Shown one piece after another: positions 51,439-61,644 of a DNA stretch of 64,000 nucleotides. The notes below the pieces were generated by a model. It had not been told where the DNA came from. It searched no databases and worked only from the letters and a program-made list of their open reading frames with translations. Origin of the DNA: a virus (taxonomy: Duplodnaviria; Caudoviricetes); the IMG/VR virus record IMGVR_UViG_3300017791_000355, positions 71,662 to 135,661 of that record. The stretch is one strand, 5' to 3'. Position numbers and translations under genes: made by a program. How positions within the stretch are numbered: the stretch's first letter is position 1; each line of letters starts with the position of its first letter.

Positions 51439-51776
51439 TGCGCACTATCAAGTTCATCGTCGCTGCGTTCGCGTTCGTGCTCTGTCTCCTCGGTTGCCTG
51501 TCCGGTTGCGCGAGCCTGCTGCGCGAAGATGACGTCAGCCGTCCCGATGCGTCCCCCGAGTCAACCCCGGATGCTGGGCTACCAGATGCGTCGGCGCCGG
51601 ACGCGTGCGAGCCAGACGCCCCGCCTCCGCCACCTCCCCCGACGTGCGAGTGCAAGTGTGACGACGACTGCGATCGCGGCGAGGCGTGCCGACTCGGCAA
51701 GTGCTACCAGAAGTGCGACTGCGACGATGACTGCGCCCGCAGCCAGTCATGCCGCTGGGGTGTTTGTCGCGACTAG
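51438..51776 (+). CDS. Cys-rich lipoprotein (myxobacterial-type)
   Basis: Lipobox LSGC, a PDA-rich linker and two C.CDDDC.....C..G.C repeats. Confidence 0.65.
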   Translation: MRTIKFIVAAFAFVLCLLGCLSGCASLLREDDVSRPDASPESTPDAGLPDASAPDACEPDAPPPPPPPTCECKCDDDCDRGEACRLGKCYQKCDCDDDCARSQSCRWGVCRD

Positions 51777-52979
51777 GTCGTTGATATCGTCGAGGATCTC
51801 AGCACGTCCTCCGCGACGTACTGCGCCCACGCCTTGCACTCGCGTTGCGTCTGTCCGCTTCCGACGACGATGCCGTTGTAGAGGACCTTGTACGACTCTG
51901 GCCGAGTGAGCCCGCCGTAGACCGGCTCGATGCGCCAGCATCGGTCCCAGGACTCCACGAATCCATCGTCAGCGCGTTGCCAGCGAATGCGCAGCTACTC
52001 GTCCTGGTTGTCGGGGTGATCGATATGGGTACCGTCGAGCCACATGTCGACATCGAGTGCCGGGACGTGAAGCTTGACCGTGACCCACACGTGTCCGGCT
52101 GCGTCCTCCTCGACCGTCTCCGTGATGAGCGCTTCGAGGTCGAAGTTCTTCTCGTTGAGGAACACGTGTTCGAGTACGTCGCGTGCGGCCTGGGCGCGAT
52201 GCGGGTCGATCTTCTTAGGCTTACGCTTCGCCATCAGCCTTGTTCTTTCGCGTCAACCCCAACGACCCGGCGAGCTCGTCGATCATCCTCGTGGCGTGTT
52301 CGTCGTCCTCGGCGTGCAGCGCGAGACGAATCAGGCGAATCTGCTCGCGGATGCCCTTGAACTCCCTACGCGCCTCGACCAACACTTCGAGTACGACGGT
52401 CCAGCGCTCGGCCTTGGCGATCGCGATCGCCTCCTCCAACTTCTTCACTGGCTCTTCTCCTTCTTACCTTTGTCGTCGAAGTCGAGGAACGGCATCAAAT
52501 CCAGCGCCGTGTTCCAGCGCGCGATCGCCTCCGTCAGCATGCTGAAGTTTGCGATCAGGTGCGGGTTGATGCTTTTGCCGAAGTCGACATCGCGTATCGC
52601 CTGCCTCAGGCGAACGATCAACAACTCAGCACCGTCGAGGATCTCCCGCTTCCCATATCGGCGCTCAGCGTCGATTCGATGTCGTAGTGCCCGCTCGGTA
52701 ACGTCGTCCATCACTCGACTCCCATCGCTCGATCCAAGTCTTCCGACGCACGCTCTAGTGCGTCGAAGATTTGATCACGTGCGTCCACGAGCAATGACAG
52801 CGCTCGCTGGATCTGGTCTGCTAACTCGTTGTAATCGACGCCGGTGCGTGACGCTATCCTACAGTTGTCTCGCGCCCACTGCGCCAGCGTGCACACGTGA
52901 ACGAGTTCCTCTTTCGCCGAAGTCAGCACGTAGAAGCGCTCACGAATGGCGACCCGCTTCTCGTTGTTCTCATCAGACA

Positions 52980-54413
52980 TCACTTTTTCCTCCTGAACCA
53001 TCCGCGAACAAGTTGGACTACGCGCGTCGTGAAACTCACTACTTGAGGTGCTTCAGACGAGGTGGGGGAAGCCGACGGAGTCGTAGGTGGAGCGGCGCTC
53101 CACGGCGCGAGCTCGAGGTCGCCCACAGTGATTCGGTCGACCTTCTTTGAATCACCGGCCGGCATCTCTCTCTTCTCCCCGTACTGCTCCAACCCGACCA
53201 GCGCCGTGCCGAGCACGTCCTCCGGCCCGACGAGGTCGAACTTGCCTCCTACACCGACGAAGTCCAGGAGCAGCGCCTCGACCTTGCCCTCGAAGAGTCG
53301 CAGCGCTCGACCCACGCACTGACAGTAGAGCACCCGACTCTGCGTAGGGCGCGCCATCGCGACGCACTCGATCGAGGGATCATCGTAGCCCTCGGTCAGT
53401 AGGAGCACGTTGACCAGGAACTGGAACTTGCCAGCCTTGTGGTCGAGCTGGACCTGCTTCCGGTCGGGGGTCTTGTGCCACAGCCAGCGCGCGACGCCCT
53501 TGCCGTCAGGACCAGGACGCCTCGCGTTGATCGCGTCCGCGATCGCGGCGGCGTGAGCGCGGTCGACAGCGAAGACGATCGTCTTGCGCGCGCCGGCGAG
53601 CTCGAGCAGCGGACCGACCACACCGTCCACGACCACCGGATCGAGCACGACCCGGGCGAGGTCCTTCGGGTGGAGGTCGACCGAGACGCGCTCGGGTCGC
53701 CCGCCAGCGCCGGTCTCGATTCGGGCCTGGCCGGAGGGAGCCAGCAAGTCGATCGTGGAGTTGGGGTCCCCGACGACGTCCTCGCCACCGGCACGACACT
53801 GCTTTCGCGAGCGGACCTTGCTGAGGTCCATCCCCGGCACAGTGACCTGGATCCCGCGCACGGGTGTCAGGTAGCCAGCCTCGATCGCCTGGTCGATCTC
53901 GATGCGGTGGACAACCTGGGAGAAGACGGCGCCCAGGGGGCGCCCGTCGGCGCGATCACCAGTCGCGGTCACACCCACCACACGCGCGTCCTTGAAGTGG
54001 GCGAAGATCGCGCAGTAACTCGGGGACGCTGCGTGGTGACACTCGTCCACCACGACGACATCGAACGCGTCGCGCGGAAACTTCTCGAGCCGCTCGCCGC
54101 GCATTGTCTGCACCGACGCGCAGACGACGGGTTCCGCGCCCGCGCGACGCGACCCGCGCTCGACGCCGACCACCAGGCCAGCGCGAGTCAGGTGCCCGAC
54201 CATCTGGTCGATGAGCTCACGACGATGTGCGAGGAACAGCCCGGTCTCGCCACGCGTCGCGACTGCCCGGCGGATGACCTCGGTCGCGGACACCGACTTG
54301 CCGGTGCCGGTCGCGGCGAGGTACATGACGCGCTGCTGCTTGTGGAGCAGTTGATGACGCTCGACGGCTGCGACCTGCTCGAGTTGGTACGGGCGGAGCG
54401 CGACTGCAGTCAC
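52980..54413 (-). CDS. DEAD/DEAH-box SF2 helicase
   Basis: LRPYQ, ATGTGKS, DECHH, TAT, LTEGYD.P and Q.VGR.LR motifs. Confidence 0.92.
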   Translation of the reverse strand: MTAVALRPYQLEQVAAVERHQLLHKQQRVMYLAATGTGKSVSATEVIRRAVATRGETGLFLAHRRELIDQMVGHLTRAGLVVGVERGSRRAGAEPVVCASVQTMRGERLEKFPRDAFDVVVVDECHHAASPSYCAIFAHFKDARVVGVTATGDRADGRPLGAVFSQVVHRIEIDQAIEAGYLTPVRGIQVTVPGMDLSKVRSRKQCRAGGEDVVGDPNSTIDLLAPSGQARIETGAGGRPERVSVDLHPKDLARVVLDPVVVDGVVGPLLELAGARKTIVFAVDRAHAAAIADAINARRPGPDGKGVARWLWHKTPDRKQVQLDHKAGKFQFLVNVLLLTEGYDDPSIECVAMARPTQSRVLYCQCVGRALRLFEGKVEALLLDFVGVGGKFDLVGPEDVLGTALVGLEQYGEKREMPAGDSKKVDRITVGDLELAPWSAAPPTTPSASPTSSEAPQVVSFTTRVVQLVRGWFRRKK

Positions 54414-55693
54414 CGACGACCCCCGAGAGATCGTCCGCGAACGTGATCGGGAACGAAGAACCCGACCGCGGTAGCCAGCACGCGTCGCGACTTGAGTGCG
54501 AGGGGGCTGGGGGTCGATGGACGAGCCAGCGAGTATCGCAGCGTGAGTGCGAGCACGAGACTGGTCAGCGGAAGGTCTGACAGCGTCGCGGTCGCGGGCG
54601 GCGAGACCAGGCGAAAGGTCTCGACGTGCTCTCGGTAGATCGGCACGAGACGATGCGTCGGCACGAGTTGTCCGCGACCGTTCCTCGCGGTCACGCGCCC
54701 GCCAGCACCGATTCGAGTCAGCCCGACCTGGACAGCGAAGATGGTAATCTCGTCCGACACACCTATCCGATCGGTCTCGACGACGAACTTCACTTCTCAC
54801 CTACCGATCGACGAGACCTGCGCCAGCGCCGATCGCGCTTCCAACGACGAGGGAACGGCAACCCGTGCTCACTCGCGTAACCGTTTTCGAGCGACCGGGC
54901 GTTGACGCAATTCTCCACGCACTCGACGAGTTGCGCGCGCGTGATAGAGCCTCGCTGGTGCGCGTCGAACGCGTACTTCACGATCAGTGCTAGCGGGTCG
55001 TCGGTCATCGAGATTTCATCCCAGCCGCGCGCCTGGATCGGTTGTCGTGACCCGCTTGTCCATAAGCGCGCAGTTGCGCTGTGGTGTACGCGTGCGTGAG
55101 CGGCGCGGGATTCGGGGCGTCGTCTAGGTGTGGCGGCCGGACCCGACCTTCCCAGGCAACGAACGCTCGACCGTAGGCAGCGAACGTCGCGGGATGGAAC
55201 TCGCCGTATTTCCGACGAGCGAAGCGGAGCGCGTTGCTGGCTCGGATGCGTGCGATGGTCGTGGTCATCGTTGTCCAGGGATGAATGCTCGCGCCATGCC
55301 GAGCACGACAACCTCGTAACTCCTCCGGTTCTCTCGCGCTTCCACGAATCGCGCGTGGTTCCCTGGACCACAGTGTGTTCCCTGGACCACACACGGATCA
55401 CGCTTCCTCGTCGGGCACGTTCACCCACGCCAGCGTGTCGCACACTTCGCGACTCGTCATCGCGAGCGGTACGCGCCGACCGATCTTGTACAGCCACTTC
55501 CGATCGAGGTCGGTCTGCTCGGTACCGACGACGAAGAGCTCCTGACCGTCGTACAGGCGAACGAGGAACCGGACGACGGAGTCGCCATATCGGCGGAGCT
55601 TGCCCACGAGAGCTACCTCGAGGCGCGTGAACTCTCGCCGCTCGCGGGACGGGTAAGGGCCAGCCGTAGGGTTGTACAGAACTCGGTAGCCGA

Positions 55694-56488
55694 TCACGGG
55701 GCCACCCGAAGCGCGGCCGCTCGACGCGCCTTCGCCGACGACATGGGGCCGTGCTCGGCGATCCACACGGAGGTCGGCTGGACCGATCGCCCAACGCGAG
55801 CGCCGTCGCAGATGCCGCACTCCTCGCAGGTCAGCCCCCGCGCGTCCGAGAGGCACTGCACGGCGCGACCGGGCAGGGCGCCGTCAAGCGGCGCCGTGGG
55901 GAGTGCCACGAAGTAGCGCCAACCGGCCGCGAGCGCGTCGCGCGTGTCCTGGACCGAGTCACACGACGCCATGACCAGCGTGCGGAGGTCCGACGCGTGC
56001 GCCTCGCGCCACTGGTGCGTGTAGCCAGTCACCACACGGGGCTGGATCGCCTCGATGAGGTCGCGCCACACGTGCGCCGGGACCGCGGCCGGGTCACCGT
56101 ACGCCCCGAGGCGCAATCCGTGGTCGCGCGCCTCGCTCGTCAGTGCGAGGAGCTCGGACTCGTCCGCCCAGTTCTCGCCGGGCTCGCCGGCCGCGACCCA
56201 GCGCTTCCAGGCAGAGTGCGGCGCTGCGTCCAGGCGGACGTAGCAGTCACCGCCCATCGAGCGTCGGCGAGGGCAGTCACCACACACCGAGTCGTCCGCC
56301 GCTTCTTTCGAAGCAGTGAGCGGTCCCTGGACAGGCATGATCCAGGTCTGAATCATGGGGCCGGTCTTGACGTTACTCGAATCGAGCGTCGCGAGCGCGA
56401 CGATGGGAGCGTTGTTGATCTGCGAAGCCCCGAGGTACAGAACGATGGGTCCGGGCATGACCCGGAGACAATGCGCGCCACGTGCCAC
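55694..56488 (-). CDS. Conserved phage Cys-cluster protein (gp88/radical-SAM-like)
   Basis: N.KTG, CGDCP.....CYV, RLG.YGDP, GYTHQW and C..C..C motifs. Confidence 0.55.
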   Translation of the reverse strand: MARGAHCLRVMPGPIVLYLGASQINNAPIVALATLDSSNVKTGPMIQTWIMPVQGPLTASKEAADDSVCGDCPRRRSMGGDCYVRLDAAPHSAWKRWVAAGEPGENWADESELLALTSEARDHGLRLGAYGDPAAVPAHVWRDLIEAIQPRVVTGYTHQWREAHASDLRTLVMASCDSVQDTRDALAAGWRYFVALPTAPLDGALPGRAVQCLSDARGLTCEECGICDGARVGRSVQPTSVWIAEHGPMSSAKARRAAALRVAP

Positions 56489-57687
56489 GTCCAGGGATGC
56501 ATCCTGGACAGAGAAACCGCGGACCTACACGTCGGACCGTGGTCGAGTCCGTGGTGATCCGACGTCAGTCGCTAGACTGACCGTATCCGGACTGCGTCAG
56601 TCGATCCAAGTGAGCGCGCGAGTCGCCTGATTGGAGGGGTCTGCGACCAGAATTAGCCGCGCAACCACGACTCGCGCGCTCGCTAAGAGCGACTTAACAT
56701 GTTGGCGATCACGAGTTCAGGAGTATCAGCCGCTGGTCGAAATTGGCTAGCGCGGCCTCGCGGAACCGGTGCCTCCACGCCTGATCGGGCTCGGTTCCTC
56801 GATACACGACCCACCAAGCGCCGCTCGACTCGACGATCGCGAGCGTTCCCCAACTGTCCTCCCAGTCCCACTCACCATGCTTGTCGAGCAGGTCCGCGAG
56901 CCGAGTTGCGATTCCGGCGTCGTCCGCGTCAATCGCGGCGTCCACGTCGGCGATGGTCACAACCACTCCAGCACTCGAGCGCCGTCAGACGTGCTCTTGA
57001 TCGTCGTCGGTGGCAATCGTCCGCCGTATCCGACGTGCTCCTCCAGCCACTGGGTCAATGCCTCGTCGATGTTCGCGCCACCGACCGCGCCCGACTCCAG
57101 GTGACCGTTGCCGTAGATCGCCCGGTACGCGTACCCCGAATTGCCCGGGACGTTGTCGTAGTAGATCGTGACCTTGGTGTATCCGTTCACGTCGCGCATG
57201 GTTCCCTCCGTCTGTATATTACGCGAAGTTCCACGAGTCATCTCGCTTCAACTCGCACGCGTCGGTCTCGCAAGGGATCGCCAGCCTCATTTCAAACGGT
57301 TCGTGGTCGTGCCGACGACCTGTTATGTAGATTACCGAGATACAACCACACTCATACTGTTGAGGTGACGGTTGTGGACGATCATGCTTGCTGATCAGTG
57401 GTAGTTCTTCGAACGTCGCATCATCGAGTCGATACGCGTGAACTACCTGTCTTAGAGTTAATTTCACAACTCACCGTTCTTGCACGAGCAGACTTGCAGT
57501 TGAGACACACGCGGCCAGTACAGCCGCCGACCCACGCGCACGACGTAGGACACGTGATCGCGCGACGCGCCCTGATTCTTCCAGCCCGGTCGCTCGCCGG
57601 GTTGCAGCACACGCACGACCTCACCGGTCTTGGTCTTGACGGTACCGGCGGACTGCGAGGTCCACGTCACTCGATCGCCGACGATGA

Positions 57688-58050
57688 TCACGACTCGCCT
57701 CCGTGGCGGGCGTTCCAGGCGTCGGCGCAGCGTTCCAACGCGCTGTTGCGCGTGAGTCGTTCGACTCGCGTCCAGTGTCGATCGGGGCACTGCAGGGCGC
57801 GAGCGATGTCCTGCTCTCGTGCACCGCTCAGCGCGATCTGATTTTCGGTGATCGTCCCGGCGGTGACGTAGCCGCGGATCCTGTTGAGCGCATCGGCGCA
57901 GGACTGACGGCACGCTTGGTTTCCGTCGAGGGCAGCGTCGCAGTCCTGGCGAATCGCTCGCGTGTACGCGTTCTGTCGTCGCTTGCCGACCATCTCCTGC
58001 CGGACGGCGCGGATCTGCTCGTCCGTGATCGTGTCGGCGGTGACCTTCAC
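57688..58050 (-). CDS. VTADTITDEQI-family protein, two domain copies
   Basis: Paralogous to 58047-58265, 58411-58695 and 59072-59491. Confidence 0.7.
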   Translation of the reverse strand: MKVTADTITDEQIRAVRQEMVGKRRQNAYTRAIRQDCDAALDGNQACRQSCADALNRIRGYVTAGTITENQIALSGAREQDIARALQCPDRHWTRVERLTRNSALERCADAWNARHGGES

Positions 58051-58265
58051 GACTCGCCTCCGTGGCGGGCGTTCCAGATCTCGGCGCAACGGGTGCGCGC
58101 GACATCGATCTCCTCACGTGTCGGTTTGCGGTAGGCCGGTCCGGCCGGCTTGCTGCGCGCTGTCATGACGAGGATCGCGTGACCGTGTGTCCGTTCGTCA
58201 GGCGGTACGGCGTTCCAGATGGCATTGATCTGCTCGTCCGTGATCGTGTCGGCGGTGACCTTCAT
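58047..58265 (-). CDS. VTADTITDEQI-family protein
   Basis: MKVTADTITDEQI...ARTRCAEIWNARHGGES. Confidence 0.7.
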   Translation of the reverse strand: MKVTADTITDEQINAIWNAVPPDERTHGHAILVMTARSKPAGPAYRKPTREEIDVARTRCAEIWNARHGGES

Positions 58266-58410
58266 TTCGAACCCTCGTGGACCGCGAGCCACGCGCAGGC
58301 ACCTTGCCACGTCGTGATGCAGTCTCGACGACATCCGGGGTACTCCCAAGGACCGCCGCGATCGAGACGCGCGAGAGCAGCACGACCGACTATCGCGACA
58401 AGCATCTTAG

Positions 58411-58695
58411 TCACGACCCACCTTCGTGGCGGGCGTTCCAGATCTCGGCGCAGCGGGCGCGCGCTGAGTATTTCTTAGCGAGCCGTTCACTGTGCGGTGA
58501 TTTGATCGCGCGGTATCCGGATCGGGTCATGTCCGTACAGTGCACCGAGATTTCTACGGAGCACTTCGGGCAGTGCGACGCTAGGCTACTCAGCGCTAGC
58601 GCGATCAGTCCGGTGAAGTTGTCACCGAGATCCGCACCCAACTGACGGATCTGTTCATCCGTGATCGTGTCGGCGGTGACCTTCTGCTGCTTCAC
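58411..58695 (-). CDS. VTADTITDEQI-family protein
   Basis: KVTADTITDEQI...ARARCAEIWNARHEGGS. Confidence 0.7.
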   Translation of the reverse strand: MKQQKVTADTITDEQIRQLGADLGDNFTGLIALALSSLASHCPKCSVEISVHCTDMTRSGYRAIKSPHSERLAKKYSARARCAEIWNARHEGGS

Positions 58696-59075
58696 TTGCT
58701 ACCTCCCAACCCACACCGATTGGCGTGGGGCATTCCCGTCTGCACGTTGTCGGACAAAGTCTTGAGCTCGCCAAGAAACACGCCACCGTAGAACGCGCCG
58801 CGCAACCACTCGGGCAGATAGTGACCAGCAGTCACGACCAGCGTCATGGATCCGATCATGTATAGATCGACCGCGGTCACCGATGGTGCGGACCCGAGGA
58901 TAGGGTTCTTCTCGTAGTGGTTGTCCCAACCACCCAGCGCCGTCGCGCGGGTCTGACCCCAATCGCAGGTAATCGCGGTCAGCGCGGCGCCCAGCGTCGC
59001 GTAGTTCACTCCTCGGCGAGTCGCCGGCGAGCACGACGTCGCGAGGAAGGCCACGACAGCCAGCGAGCGGATCAC
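58692..59075 (-). CDS. Membrane/lipoprotein (DUF5658-like)
   Basis: Signal peptide, D..QT....E.NP.LG motif and TM helices. Confidence 0.5.
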   Translation of the reverse strand: MIRSLAVVAFLATSCSPATRRGVNYATLGAALTAITCDWGQTRATALGGWDNHYEKNPILGSAPSVTAVDLYMIGSMTLVVTAGHYLPEWLRGAFYGGVFLGELKTLSDNVQTGMPHANRCGLGGSK

Positions 59076-59491
59076 GCGTCACCTTCACCTTCGTCGATGC
59101 GGCGGGTGTTCCAGGCGGCGGCGCAACGGGCGCGGGCTGCGCGATGGATCCCGAGCAAGCCCTCCGTCGGCCCGAGCGCGATGCTGGCCTCGGCAACCAG
59201 GGAGTCGTCTCCGGTTCTCCAGCCCTCGGCGCGCAACGCCCGAATCTCATCATCTGTGATCCGAGACCCGACGCCATATGTGTCCAGTCCGCATGACAGG
59301 TTGTTTTCGACGATGGCGGCGATGCGCGTGCGACACGTTGCCATGTTCAGCAGCCCGAGCGCGCCATCGCCGGTCGGGATGCCCAGCGCGGCCTGACAAC
59401 AACGTGCGCGATCGCCGTCATGGGTCTCGCGCGCCTCGTCGCGGACGCGGCGAATCACCTCGTCCGTGATCGTGTCGGCGGTGACCTTCAC
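59072..59491 (-). CDS. VTADTITDEQI-family protein, two domain copies
   Basis: MKVTADTITDEVI...ITDDEI...ARARCAAAWNTR. Confidence 0.7.
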   Translation of the reverse strand: MKVTADTITDEVIRRVRDEARETHDGDRARCCQAALGIPTGDGALGLLNMATCRTRIAAIVENNLSCGLDTYGVGSRITDDEIRALRAEGWRTGDDSLVAEASIALGPTEGLLGIHRAARARCAAAWNTRRIDEGEGDA

Positions 59492-60723
59492 GCGTCACCT
59501 TCGTTCCCCGCGTACGCCAGCACGCGCTCGCGAAGCATCGCCGACGAGAAGCCGGACGGGCTGGTCCGAATTTCCTCGAGCGACGTCGGCTCGACGCGCG
59601 CGGTGTTGTCGAGGCGGAGTAGGTCCACGATCTTCGCCAGCCGATCTCGGTGTCGAACCGTGGACGAGGGAAGGCACAGGCACTCGCGAACCTCCGAGTC
59701 CAACCAGCCGCACGGGCACGGCGACGCTGCCGCGACGATCATCGGGCGCTCGCGCGGAAGCATCCCGGCCAGCGCGTCTCGGAGTGCGTGGAGCGCCGGG
59801 GTACGGAACTCCGCGACCTCATCCAGAAACAACACGCCGTGTCGCGCGAGGTGGACCTCGCCGGGCCGCGGACGCTCTCCCCCGCCAGCGAGCGCCGTGG
59901 CCGAGATCGTGTGGTGTGGCGCGCGGAACGGACGCGAGGTCACCAGGCCCAACCCGATCGCCGAGTACACGCGTCCGACATCCAGCGCCTCGCTCCTGGT
60001 CATCGCGGGAAAAATCCCCGGCAGTCGGCGAGCCAGCATCGTCTTGCCAGCGCCCGGCGGACCGACGAGTAGCAGGTTCCCGGCGGACTCGTCCGCGTGC
60101 TGGGCAACCGCGGCCGCGCAAACGTGGATCGCGATCACCTGGCCCGCGATCTCCGAAAAGTCCGGATAACTCGGAACCTGGGGCGGGTACAGGTCAGGGC
60201 GCAGCGGCGCGCCAACCATGACCGCGGAGAGATCGCCGACGTCCGTGACAGCGCGGACCTCGAGGTCGTCCGCCGCGCCGGCGAGGGCCTCGCGCGCGTT
60301 GCCAGCCGCGACCAGCACGCCCCGCATCTTCAGCCCGCGCGCGAGCTCGGTAGCAGCCAGCACACCTGGCACGCACCGCACCCGACCGTCCAGGCCGAGC
60401 TCGCCAGCCACTAGATAGCCCTCCGCGTCCACACCGAGCAGTGCGCAAGCGACCGCGAGATCAAGCGCTCCGTTCGTGCGGGCGACCTGGACCACTTGGC
60501 CAGCGCGCGTCAACCGGACCTTCATAGAGCCCGGAATCGCGCCGGGGTACCTACCGGCCAGCGCCGATCGGATACGTACGAAGAGCTCCTTGCTGGATTG
60601 CCCCGACAAGCCGTCGACGTGCCAGCCGAAGTGATCCGGCCAAGACGTGACCTCGACGTCGACGGGGGAAGCGATCACCCCGATCGGACCAGCCAACACA
60701 AACGATCGAACCGTGCTCTTCAC
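59488..60723 (-). CDS. comM: ComM/YifB Mg-chelatase-family AAA+ ATPase (shortened)
   Basis: DLA.A..L, GELGLDGRVR, GPPGAGKTMLARRLP, RPFRAPHHT, RPGEV.LA.HGVLFLDE and PCPCG motifs. Confidence 0.85.
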   Translation of the reverse strand: MKSTVRSFVLAGPIGVIASPVDVEVTSWPDHFGWHVDGLSGQSSKELFVRIRSALAGRYPGAIPGSMKVRLTRAGQVVQVARTNGALDLAVACALLGVDAEGYLVAGELGLDGRVRCVPGVLAATELARGLKMRGVLVAAGNAREALAGAADDLEVRAVTDVGDLSAVMVGAPLRPDLYPPQVPSYPDFSEIAGQVIAIHVCAAAVAQHADESAGNLLLVGPPGAGKTMLARRLPGIFPAMTRSEALDVGRVYSAIGLGLVTSRPFRAPHHTISATALAGGGERPRPGEVHLARHGVLFLDEVAEFRTPALHALRDALAGMLPRERPMIVAAASPCPCGWLDSEVRECLCLPSSTVRHRDRLAKIVDLLRLDNTARVEPTSLEEIRTSPSGFSSAMLRERVLAYAGNEGDA

Positions 60724-60971
60724 AACTTACCTTCCCCAGCCAGCGACCACGATCGCCAGCTTGCCAAAAATCGTCGTGTCTCGGGCGACCGCAACGCCGG
60801 TCTCACTTGCATGACTATTCGTGTTCACTGGGTAGTCCAGTGGCATCGTAGTCAGGTTCCGCGACCCAACCGTCCCAAGACTCACGGGCGAAACCGTTCC
60901 ACGGGCGCCGGGTCTCGATCGCATCGTGCAACCGCGCCAGCGTGAATGGCTGGTCCAAGAGCGCGTAGTGA

Positions 60972-61391
60972 TCAAGCGCCCGCATCGACCTCGTCCTCGT
61001 CCGGCCACACGTCCGCCTCGCCCGACCATTCGTCTGAGCGCGCCTCCAACAAGGCCCACACGTCCGCGCGCATAGCGAAGCACGCGCGAACCTCGACAGA
61101 GGCACCGGTCTCGCCGGTTGCGTCCTCGTACGCCGAGTCGCAGTCCGACGCGGCGAGGACCATGCCAGCCTTCGCGGTGTAGATGACGAACGAGTGCGCG
61201 TCCGTGGTCTCGTCGACCCACCCGGTCAGGAACTCGCGTCGATCATTCTCATCGTAGCTCGACGACGGCTTATCCGCGTGGACTGCGCGGATCGCCTCGT
61301 CGGCGAGCGATCGAATCTCGGTGTAGTACCAGCGACGCGCGAGCGACATGACATCGTCGAAGCTCGACGCGTCGTAATTGTTTCCAGTCAT
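60972..61391 (-). CDS. Acidic Ocr-like (DNA-mimic) protein
   Basis: 139 aa, very D/E-rich, with a DET.D.H..VIY..KA motif and an acidic tail; first gene of the leftward early operon. Confidence 0.5.
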   Translation of the reverse strand: MTGNNYDASSFDDVMSLARRWYYTEIRSLADEAIRAVHADKPSSSYDENDRREFLTGWVDETTDAHSFVIYTAKAGMVLAASDCDSAYEDATGETGASVEVRACFAMRADVWALLEARSDEWSGEADVWPDEDEVDAGA

Positions 61392-61644
61392 GCTCCTCGT
61401 CTATGCGTCCCGCGTGCCGAAGATCCCTGGACCAATCGAGGCGAGCCAAGTGCGCGAGGACACTCGTCGCACGTTCCCTGGACGATGGTCAAGTCGATTC
61501 AAACCGTGGCGATTCGGATACGGTCGTCCAGGGAATTGTGACGAGCGAGCCACGCTCGAGTCTCGCGCGACGCGTCGAACCATCGCGATTGCGCGGACCT
61601 GGGGTGAGTCCAGGGATGGCACGCGGGGTGCTTAGTCCAGGGAC
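61392..61644. promoter_or_regulatory. Divergent early control region with two sigma54-like promoters and five GTCCAGGG boxes
   Basis: CGGCACGCGGGACGCA (minus, 61404-61419) and TGGCACGCGGGGTGCT (plus, 61617-61632); boxes at 61425, 61476, 61526, 61608 and 61635. Confidence 0.65.

Noticed and set aside
57688-59491. Diversity-generating retroelement TR/VR pair
   Set aside because: There is no reverse transcriptase in the window. The differences are whole-core replacements, not adenine-specific substitutions.
59488-60723. Sigma54 enhancer-binding activator
   Set aside because: It lacks GAFTGA and its motifs are those of ComM/YifB.
60727-60970. tRNA or other known RNA gene in this and other intergenic gaps
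   Set aside because: I could not identify a cloverleaf or T-loop GTTCRA context by eye. tRNAscan/Infernal would be needed to exclude it.
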